Assembly: GCA_032718475.1 (NCBI GenBank)
Contig: JAUCBJ010006935.1
Coordinates: 1-41,139, forward strand
DNA: 41,139 bases
Direction of reading: 5' to 3'
From: Nemertoderma westbladi
Taxonomy: Eukaryota > Animalia > Xenacoelomorpha
The notes under the pieces are model-generated. The model had not been told where the DNA came from, did no database searches, and saw only the letters and a program-made list of their open reading frames with translations. This document shows, in pieces, positions 11,069-21,174 of the stretch. The position numbers were made by a program, and so were the translations under genes. How positions within the stretch are numbered: position 1 is the first letter of the stretch; each line of letters starts with the position of its first letter.

Positions 11069-12287
11069 TAGTGTTGCAGCGGAATCCCGATCCCGATCCC
11101 GAAAGTCGGGATCCCGATGGAAAAATATCGGGATTTTTCGGGATTAGCAATTTTCGAAATTTTATATCTGAATTTACTGTAGGCCTATATGCCCTGCAGC
11201 TTAAAATCTGTAAAATTTTTGCCAATAACAAAATAAAACATTTTTGGAGGACTTTCATTGGATGATTGATAGGGATGTGAGTCAGGTAATGTATGGGAAT
11301 ATCCGAGACATTTTCCGGAAATTTCCTATTTATTTAATTTATTATATAAAGGTTACTAAGGTTAGTTTCAATAGTAGGTGTACAGTAGGCCTAAATATAG
11401 TATATACGTATGTAGTATATACATAAAATAGTTATAATAAGATATGAACTAAAAAAAGATTATGACTTTGTGTTTTGTCAATTTCATAATTAACTATATG
11501 TATATGTTATATATTGAAAGCAATTTCGGAAATTGATACATTTTTAATTTTAAATCTTTCACAATTTTACCTTCTGCTATTTTATCAGTTTATACACATT
11601 CTGAATCTGAAAACGCATACATAAGAGAACACAATTACATAGAGTAAACATTGGAAACAAGTGATTCCTGTTTGGTTGTGTTGGGCTGGTTCCGTGGTTC
11701 GTTGTCTATTGGCTCTTGGGTCGTAAATTCGAGTGAAGTAAACTTTTTCGGAAATTGAAAAAACATATTTCCGGAAAACTCACCTCCCTAATAATTGATG
11801 AAGGATAGATTAATTTACATGATTTATAACTGATTTCAGAATCTGAATTTATATTAAAGTAATGCTAGTAGGCCTACATATATTAAAGTCATAAGTGTCA
11901 ATATATATTATAAAAAATATAAACACTGCTTGTTGCTTTTTATTGAATATGATAAACATTTTTATGTGGCAGCGATTCAGTCAGACACTAACTGTAGATA
12001 TATTAAAAATGTTGCAGAAATTATATTAAAACGTATATGAAATGAAATACGTAAGTGGGTAATAAACTATGTCTGTGAACCTTTTAAAAAAAAGTCACTG
12101 GACATTTTTACAAATCTAGGCATTATTTAGTACGTCGTGAGATTTATCAAATGTTATTTTTACTCCAATAAAGATGGCAGGGCGGATAGCTATATTTTAA
12201 GTTTTGGATGAGTATGGTCGCACTAAAATAAAAAAATCCCGATCTCAATCCCGAAAATTGTGGACCCCGATCCCGTTTCAAACATTA
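11069..12287. mobile_element. Non-autonomous hAT-type DNA transposon (MITE)
   Basis: 8-bp TSD GTGTACAT at 11061-11068 and 12288-12295. Imperfect TIR TAGTGTTGCAGCGG / CCGTTTCAAACATTA and subterminal ATCCCG repeats at both ends. Confidence 0.8.
11270..11790. mobile_element. Nested non-autonomous hAT-type MITE
   Basis: TIR TAGGGATGTGAGT / ACTCACCTCCCTA. 8-bp TSD ATGATTGA / ATAATTGA (1 mismatch). Subterminal TTCCGGAAA motifs. Confidence 0.8.
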
Positions 12288-12784
12288 GTGTACATCCCGG
12301 TACCCAAGGTTGAAAATTTCACTAATTTTAAAATTATAAATACTGTACCGTTTTGTGATCAGCTTTAGTAGGAGGTTTATTGTAAGCAAAATATTTTTAC
12401 GACCGATACGGGGCGCTACAAAAGCAAGACACGTAAACGCGATAACTCGACTAAACGACTAGATTTAACACATTGAAAGATATATATCATACTGTGGTTG
12501 TTACTGTATCAGTACCGTGTAAGCTACAGTAATACAGTTGTGAGCACAGCGCGATATGTGAATGAGACAAGTACAGTACTGTTGTAGGCCTACCGATGAT
12601 GTGACACTTGTATATTAAGAAGAACCGATGCCTACTACCTATAGTAGGTCATGTAAGAACCGAGTCCATATAATAAACCCACAGTGAATTACACGAGTAG
12701 TGGGGCCTTCGTGCAGCAAAAGCTGCAAGCCATCTTAGCGAACAATTATAATTATACTATGGCTAGTTATATATTTTCATCCGA

Positions 12785-12856
12785 CACACACACACACACA
12801 CCCACACCTACACACACCCCTACATACACACACATACACAACCCCCCCCCCCCCCC
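12785..12856. repeat. (CA)n-type microsatellite plus poly-C
   Basis: Direct reading of the sequence. Confidence 0.8.
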
Positions 12857-13210
12857 GCAGTTTTGACTCGCCCCACAAAATGTGAACGAATAAATTGTTT
12901 TTCCGGTCGGTACCGGTCGGTATCATTTAGTGTATGGCGGTTAGGTTAGGCTTAAGGTGCGAGACATACCTGTATTTTGAGCATGTTTTCATATATAGGT
13001 TTTTTGTTTATGTCATTTTTGTTTGTATTGTTTGTGTTGTTTTTTGATGGCCTTAGGGCTGAGTACTACTTTGGGCGTAATGTCCTGATTCTATGTATTT
13101 TGTTAGTTTGGGGGGTATAAGACTCTAGGCTCTTACAATTAGATTATATAATAAATTGTTTTAGTTGATAGAATGGTAGGTGCTAGAATTAGTAGGCCTA
13201 CTGCACTTAC

Positions 13211-13367
13211 CGTCTATAATGAGATCGACTTTGAATTCGCACTGGCCGGCCCTATTCCTGGCCTGGCAGGTGTAGGTACCACTGTCTGACGCTCGGCAGT
13301 AAGGAATCAGTAACGAATGTGTTCCGTCTTCCTTTATTATCGTCTTATGGTTGCCATCAGACTCGAC
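13211..13367 (-). CDS. Host gene exon D: titin/kettin/palladin-like I-set Ig protein
   Basis: aag|VESDGNHKTIIKEDGTHSLLIPYCRASDSGTYTCQARNRAGQCEFKVDLIID|gtaagt. In phase with exon C across a 14.5-kb intron. Confidence 0.92.
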
Positions 13368-13753
13368 CTTAATGAATTATGTATTAAAATATCGAAAGTG
13401 GTAATAATAATTATCTTTATAGCTGAAATAGCTGCATTGATGTACCAGAACTTACTCTTAAAAATAAAACATAAACAAAACAAGAGGAAGTGGAAGTGGA
13501 ACCTGGGGCCTTTATATGGGTCACGTGTGCAGTATGTTATGGCATACATGTATTATCAATATCAGCTGGTCACCAGCTGATAAAAAAACAACCAGCAATT
13601 ATGAATGTAACATAATTCAACTATCGTATTAAATCGATCAATGATAGCAATCGAAATAATTCTAGTACAGACTTCCCAGCCTATGACACCGTAAGAATTA
13701 TTTCTGGTTACTTTATCTAACTTACTCGTACATCAAGACCGTTGCTCGCTTGT

Positions 13754-16700
13754 TATGTCTCACACTGGTGATGAAAACGGTCAAGACCCAGATGTGGAGG
13801 CGATTCTAGCAAGGGTCATCAACTCAAGGAATTCGTCGCACATCGACCCTGGTTGTCAACTCATTACCCAACATCGAGACAACTAACGTCTTGGATGAAG
13901 CCATCAAAAGGAGCAAAATTAAGACTCTACTATCATACAGAGATCGCCTGGGATCACTCAATGAAGAAATATGGTGCCGCTCTTCCGAACACTACATCAA
14001 TTCCGACACCCCGAAAGCTGTCGGATCCGAGGTAAAACTTTCAGATACTATATCTCATTTGGAATTGTCAATGCAGCCCCATACTGTGCCGGTTCAACAC
14101 GCTTACAATGTATCTACTGTAGGCGTAGGTAATAATAATTTGTCATTTGGTAATCAATCATCGACTACAACGCCGCTGCAAATTCATCATGGAAAAGGGA
14201 ATTTCAACATTCGTCGTTGGAAAAGTAATAACTTACAACTTCAATATGCATTTACAGAATTTGACAAGGAATTTACTCAAAATAACAGCATTGAATCATT
14301 AGTGTCATCATCATCATCCAGCATGTTAGCAAACATAATCGAAGATCCTGATTCAATTGCTAAATCATCACTTGGATTACCAACAAACGACACAGACATC
14401 AGTTCATCGACATCTAGAGTGCTAGGAAAATTGTGGCACTTGGCTATGACTTTACTGTTGTGTATGATTTCCTACAAAACACCAAACCCACAAAACGCAG
14501 CATACTTATGTTATATGCTCGCCTATTTGATCCATTAGGAATATTAGCACCATTTACCGGACCAATAAAGGCGCTATTTCAAACACTTTGCCAGGATGCC
14601 CAACCATGGGATACTCCATTAAATTCAGATTTCCTCTCATTGTGGCACAAATGTGTACAAGGTCTTCTCATTCTGAAAGGAGTTTCAGTGCCACGATGTT
14701 TCTTCTTACCATTTCGGACTATATCCAGTATTGAAATTCATGGTTTTGCGGATGCAAGCCTTAAACTCCTATGCAGGAGTTATTTACAATCGCTCACTGC
14801 AATTCAGTTAGCGTATCATTAGTATCATGAAGAACAAAGGTATGTCCACAAGGCAAAAAACACCAGAATAAGAGCACAAAGGATCAGCGGGATCATTCAG
14901 AAGAACCACAGTCAATTCCAAGGTTAGAGTTATTAGGAGCATTCATCACTGCACATCTGATGAAGTTTGTTCTAAATGCGTTGCCAATAGTCAGCAGTAA
15001 CGTTGTTGTATTCTGGAGTGATGACCTTGACGTGTTGTACTGGATTAAGGACTAAATCATCACTGGAAAACCTTCATGAAAAATAGGGTAAAAGTAATAT
15101 GATCCATTACATCAGAATTAAATGGTTCATGGAGATATGTCCCAAGTGAAATTAATCCTGCCGACATTCCCACAAAAGGAATGTCCCCAAACCACTTCTT
15201 CTCATCTGAGAAGAAGTGGTTCGAAGGTCCTCCCTTTCTACATGGCCACAATGTCCAATCAACTTTGACTCGACCCCATCAATCAGCAAATAGTCTTAAA
15301 GAAATAAAGTCTCATAGCACAGAATCGAACACACGTATCACAACATCAACTGAATACTCTATAACAAATGTCATCAATTACAGAGATTACAGTGCAAAGT
15401 CAAATGCAATTCGTAGCTTAGCATGGATTTCACGGTTTATTAATAAAATAAAATCAAAATTAGCAAAAGAATCCCCACTCCTAGACTCACAATTATTAAC
15501 GACAAATGAGTTACAGAGAGCCGAGGTACAGTATATCAAACATGTTCAACTGAATCATTTTCATATAGAGATCGAGTACTTACAAAACAGTAAACATTTA
15601 AAGTGCCCAAACTTAGTACAACAGCTAAACCTCTTTCTAGACTGTGACGGGATTCTGCGCACAAAAGGCAGAGCAGTAAGTCAAACCATTCCATGGTGTA
15701 CACAGAATCCGATTCTCCTTCCATCCTCAGATCATTTCACAAAATTGATAGTACTCGATGCTCATTATATCGTAATGCATTCACGTGTTCGTGACACATT
15801 AGTTCAGTTGCGCGAAATGTATTGGATATCTCGTGCAAGATAAGTTATTCAGGGAATCAGAAGTAAATGCGTTATCTGCAAACGTATCCAAGGGAAACCA
15901 TATCCAAAACCTCAAACAAGTCCACTTCCTCTAGAGCGATTAGAGTCAAACTTAAATGCGTTTTCACACACTGGAATTGATTTCTGTGGCCCGATAAATA
16001 TAGTAAACAACTTGTATGACCCATCCAATTCTTCCATTAAAGTCTACATCTGTGTATTTACATGTGCGGTTATACGCGCCATTCACTTGGAGTTAGTTCC
16101 TAGTTTGCATGTCAGTAGTTTCATTCAAGCATTTCAACGCTTCATTGGTAGACGAGGCATTCCATTAGTAATTTTTAGTGACAATGCCTCAACATTTAAA
16201 CGTTCATCGTCTGAACTTCGCATTTACAATAAGTTTCTTAACCACGATTTGGTTAAACGTTGAGTTTGGTGACTTAAGTGTCACTTGGCTGTTTAACATT
16301 GCGAGATATCCATCAGGTTATGGCTTTATTGAGAGATGTGTAGGTCTCATCAAACCCAACTTCCCAAAGTGATGGGTAGAGCCACTCTGCAACACGACGA
16401 AATGCAAACACTGTTAATATCTTGCGAGGCTGCTGTTAACAGTCGCCCATTGACTTTCGCATCATCTAACAATGATGAAAACTACAATCTACTTACTCCT
16501 AGTCACTTTCTCGTGGGCCATAGACTATGTGCTCTTCCAACATCATCAGTACGTGCAGATAATTTACGTTACCAAGAGAAAGCAGCTAACTTCTTTTGGG
16601 ATAATTGGAAAAATGATTACGTTAGAGATTTACGAGATAGACATCGCTACAAGGAACATAAATCGTCATTTTTTGTGAGTCCTGTCGTACTGGAAATTTT

Positions 16701-17238
16701 CTTATTGTACTACCTAGACTACCTAGATCAGCATTATGTCGCATTATGTCGCATTAATAAGTTGATTACAAGTAGAGATGTGGAGGTTCGCGCAGTTCAA
16801 GTATATGTTGCAAAACGTGGACGACAAGCAACAATTCTTACGGGATCCGTTCAACATATTATACCATTAGAGATTCAATCCGATGTGATTAACCTCATTC
16901 TCATAAAAGATGCTTGCAAACGGGATTCAAAATCGCAGGTAAGTTGTAAAAGTGACAAAATAAGTGACATAGTTGACTCTTCCAATGACAAACTTGACAC
17001 AAAAGTATACAACATAGACGAACTAGCCACACCTCCTTCAGTCGCCAGTACTCATACTGTACCACGAGTCTTGCAGCACATTGACACATATTCCTATCAC
17101 AATGGTGATAGAAACAGCAGTCAAAATAAACCATCTAGATTACCGCGTGCTGCTAAGTCACATATTGTGCATGGTCATTACAAAATGGGAAAATAAATTC
17201 CCGTTTTGTTCGTATTTATAAATTATTTGGTGGAGAGT
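13754..17238 (+). mobile_element. Degenerate, internally deleted BEL/Pao retrotransposon (gag N-terminus, RNase H, integrase)
   Basis: Motifs across frameshifted ORFs: RVLGKLW, PTKRSIL..FDPLGILAP, IHGFADAS, SIPRLELLGA, NPADIPTKG, HHCC finger (AH...H...YWI...CVIC), GIDFCGP, SDNASTF, NSRPLT, LTPSHFL. Purine-rich GGTGGAGAG before TGTTAG at ~17229-17245. No protease or RT core seen. Confidence 0.88.
14420..17196 (+). pseudogene. BEL/Pao pol relic (RNase H-like region, integrase, DUF5641-like tail)
   Basis: ORFs 14433-14822, 15181-15843, 16012-16263 and 16336-17196 are consecutive pieces separated by stops and frameshifts. Confidence 0.88.
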
Positions 17239-17358
17239 TTGTTAGTGTACAAATATGAAATTCATTATTATGAAACTGTAAATCTAATAATTGAAGGATT
17301 GTGATTATACTTACGATGTTGTTACACCCAGTCCAACACTGACTCTAACAGAAAGATG

Positions 17359-18365
17359 TTATTAGGAGCCCGCTTGACAGGATACATTACACTGACTGAC
17401 TGACTGACATACTGATAATTATCTAGGTTAAGGCACTTCCTGCCTGGCGATTTTGATGAAATTTTGCAAGTACATTGCTTTGGTGGTTCATAATCGCGTT
17501 ACAAAATTTCAGATCGATTCTATGTGTGGTATTCGATATATTTAGTTTTTTGCCATTGTTTTGTCGCGAAATTAAAAGCAATGGTAAAATAACAGCTGGT
17601 GTTCATGATGAAATATGGCTTAATATGTTATACACAGTCATAGAAAAACGTGTTGGTTGCCAAGTTTTACCAGTAAGCTATAAGGTAAGGCAATGTTTAC
17701 TCACACATAAGCTGTTGGTTTCTAATGTATTACCCCATAAGCTGATTGCTCTCCCAGTGCTTCCTAAGGGTATATCTACAATAAGGTTACTCACTCTGCT
17801 ATGTTAGGGGGTGGATCAGGAGAATGAATTTTAGTTACATAAAGCAGTGTGTTGTGTCCTATTGCAGTCGATACTCACTGTGGATTGCAAAATGTTTTAT
17901 AGTTGACCTACACTATAATACAGTAGTTGCATGTATTTAAGGAGCCCGCTCTGGCCTACCGCCTAAGGAGTACCTATATTACATATTCACATAGAATTCA
18001 TTGGGAAGAGATATTCCGCTTGACGACGGGGTAATACCTATAGAAGGAAACTAAATTTGTTATTTGGCTCTATTCGTTGTTATTTATCTGGTTGTGCATC
18101 ATGGGCATTTTTTATAAATATTCGGTAATCGCATCTTATATCTTGTAAACGTTCTTGATAATGAAATTATTTGCTTCATATTATATTTTTGTTAGTGGTA
18201 GCTAAGTTGCATTTTTTATTATGTGGGGCGAGCCACAAAGTCAGCTAGCCTCACGCCTTGCAGTTTAGACAATTTTAGTTTACTTACTGCTGACTGACAT
18301 AGTTCTTTGTGCTACGATTTTTCCCCCGGGCTCCTTCCAGCCAGCTTGCTGGCTTTCTAGTTTTT
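17359..18365 (+). mobile_element. Helentron-associated non-autonomous element (HINE/DINE-like)
   Basis: Subterminal inverted repeats AGGAGCCCG (17364) / CGGGCTCCT (18327); (ACTG)n microsatellite at ~17391-17416; 3' hairpin AGCCAGC-TT-GCTGGCT (18339-18354) then CTAG+T-run. A second AGGAGCCCG is at ~17940. Confidence 0.65.
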
Positions 18366-18830
18366 TATCTGGATTACTGTATTCAAGATGATTTGTCATT
18401 ATTTGTAGTGTTATCCAACATTATTTAGGATCATATTTTTTAAGCCGCACCACTCAAGGGTACATTATTTTTAGAAAGTTTAAATGTGCATTTAATTTTG
18501 TTGTAATTTTAATTGTCTCTCTTTGTCCAAGAGGGGAGTGTAGTGTATTTCGTATTAGCATATTATTGACTCTGTAGGATATATATTATTGACTCTCTAG
18601 TTATTGGTATTTCCTTGATTTACACACCCCTGGCATTAGTTCGTATACTTGCTTTGGTGTTACACAGCTGTATTGCTTTTAATGTTGCCTATATTGTAGG
18701 TAAAGGTTGTTTGTGATATTCTATTCTTTATTATACATTGTGATACTTTTAGTTTTTACATATTTTTCTTTATTGCATTTGGAGACCATCAGGGGTCCAT
18801 TACAATTGCTTGGCCAACCAGTAGCTCCGA

Positions 18831-18906
18831 CCAATCAGGGACGAGCTACGGCCAATCAGCTATCAGAGCGATCCGATCCCTATTTGCATAAAGTCTGGCT
18901 ATAAAA
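18831..18906 (+). promoter_or_regulatory. Pol II promoter-like cassette: CCAAT x2, octamer, TATA
   Basis: CCAATCAG at 18831 and 18852, ATTTGCAT at 18882, TATAAAAG at 18900, pyrimidine-rich start region ~25 bp downstream, AATAAA at 18981. Confidence 0.55.
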
Positions 18907-19654
18907 GGGCCTGTTTTCTCACTTTCCTTACCTTCTTGCATCTTCACCCTCTGCTTGCGGAAGCCCCTGACTTTTACAACAATAAAAGTTTTTATATTTT
19001 TAGCGGGATTTTTAGCTGTAAATAGTATATATAGTTCCGGCAGTTCTCAACGATCTCTACTTGTTTTTCACCTCAACTTCCCTTCCTATACATTCCACTT
19101 CATCGAACTCTTAACGGGAGGTGTCGAATAGCCCTCTCACTTTGGTAAGACCCGACGGAACAGGTGCAGTCTCCCCCTCTCCCTCTCTCAACTGCGCCGT
19201 TCCTCACAACGGGCATTAAACGGGCCCAACCCAAATGCAGTGGTCGTAGCGTCATGGGATCAGAGTCTACCACCAATAAATCAACTATAAGGAACAATAT
19301 GGACTATTTTGAAGTTTCTAGTTGCCATGGGTAACTTTGACAAGAAACGGGCTATATATTAGCTGTAGTAGGCCTAGCGTCTTCAAATCAACCTCCACTC
19401 CCACTATATCGAGTATACAGAAACATACGCAATATGTTTTAGTTTCTAGATGCCATGGCAACTCGTCAGATTTGTTGACAAAGTATTTTTCATATCACTT
19501 AGCTATTTTCACTATATAAAAAGGCGCATTTTGAAAGATAAGTTAGGTTTACATGATACATACTGTATATTTAAGAGATTACATTTGTCATCACATATGC
19601 CCTATAACACTCTGAAATAAATGAAATTACATTGTGTTAAGAATCGCAATTAAG

Positions 19655-19696
19655 ACAGTAATCAGTGCACATGGTGTTATGTGCACTGATTACTGT
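19655..19696. repeat. Perfect 18-bp stem hairpin
   Basis: ACAGTAATCAGTGCACAT-ggtgtt-ATGTGCACTGATTACTGT. Confidence 0.9.
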
Positions 19697-19771
19697 TACT
19701 ACGGTTAGGACTACAAGAACAAGAACAGTTCATCGGTCAGCCGCTAGTGGGCTACATGTCTTAACATTTAA

Positions 19772-20521
19772 GGGGGGAGTACCACACCCCCCCCCCCCCC
19801 GGACACGTTTTTAAATGCAGTATGGGCTGTTAAAATATGGCTAAATATTTGTTTTTTCGAAAAATTTTCAAATTTCCAGTCGCCCTTTAGCGGCCATTGA
19901 ATGAAACAAGAATTGCGGTTAAAATGCTACAAGTCATTCAATTTTCGGTGAAATTGTCTGAGACCAATTGTTTTCGAATTACGGAGGTGAGCTCTACCGG
20001 TTATCGGTTAAAATTTTTAATTACCCTTTTTATGAAAATGAATTAATACTTATTAATATTTGGCAAAATTCCAACCGATAACTTTTAAAGAAAAGCCGAA
20101 ACCCTTTCGAATAAGCCAAAAATAAATAAAATTGGTTAAAAAATGGCGGAGGAGTAGAAATTTGAAAAATGAAAAATGTCATTCAAAGATAATTGCCTTC
20201 AAAGTTTAAACCTTCCCGCCAGAACTGGCTGTCTGTGTTCTGGTTGGTAAATCATTTCTAACATGATAGAAGAACATCACCGGGATAAAACTGATTTCAT
20301 TACCGATGTCAGTTTTAACTTTTGGTGGAATCTAGTCTGCCTGTCGGTTGTCTGTCTGTTTTAAAATTTGACTAACAGTCCGTCATACAGAAAAACAGCG
20401 ATAACTTGAGAACTAAAAGAGGTTTCGCTAAGCGGTTTTCAGATTTGAAATCCTCATTAAATTCTGCTATAGATTAAATCAAAAACACAGTTTAAATGTT
20501 AGCATGGGGGGTACTTCCCCC
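19772..20521. mobile_element. Non-autonomous TTAA-targeting DNA transposon, Kolobok-like
   Basis: TTAA at 19768-19771 and 20522-20525. TIR GGGGGGAGTACC / GGTACTTCCCCC (11/12). Purine (GG) 5' termini favour Kolobok over piggyBac. Confidence 0.75.
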
Positions 20522-21174
20522 TTAAGTACTTCAAATTTCTTTGCTTTTACACCATTCTAGATGAAACTTGTGAAATATGTACTAGACATCATATAGAATT
20601 ATCTCAAGTTTGCCGTTAGACGGCGCAATGTCTAATAGTGAATTCTTCTCTCATTATTTATAATCCCTTCAATTGGAAACTTGTGAGATATGTACTAGAA
20701 CACGGGGGACGGTAATCGATCTACAGTTCTCATGTCTGCCGCTGGAGGGCGAGAACTCTGGAAATGATAATCTTCCCCAAATTTGTTGACCTTAATCCGT
20801 TAAGCTGAATCTTGGCTTGGCATAGACCACGTGCTGCGACTTCTTGAAGAGATTGATCGGCTCACAGTTCTCCAATCTGTCGCTAGAAGAAGCATATGCC
20901 ATACGTAACATGGCAACCTCTCTTAACTTTCAAAAACGTAATGTTTGAAACTTATAAATACGAAGGCGCTCTTTTATATAGTGAAAACAGCTAAGCGATA
21001 TGAATAATACACCTTGTCAACAATTCTGACAAGTTTTTGAATTGAGATTTTTGAATTATAATTTGTTGATTTGCTGATTTGTTGATATTTTGTTGATGAA
21101 TTCAGTTTCGTGACCGCGAGTCTTTCTCCTTGGATGGTTTGTCTGGTTCGATCGGTTTGTCTATTCGGTCAGTT

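Noticed and set aside
13600-13750. 5' LTR matching 17240 onward for the BEL relic
   Set aside because: No visible sequence identity between the two regions.
19772-20521. piggyBac element
   Set aside because: The TTAA TSD fits, but termini begin GG rather than the CC typical of piggyBac.
21037-21174. HDV-like 5' ribozyme as in R2 elements
   Set aside because: No nested double-pseudoknot pairing is recognisable in either short 5' UTR.
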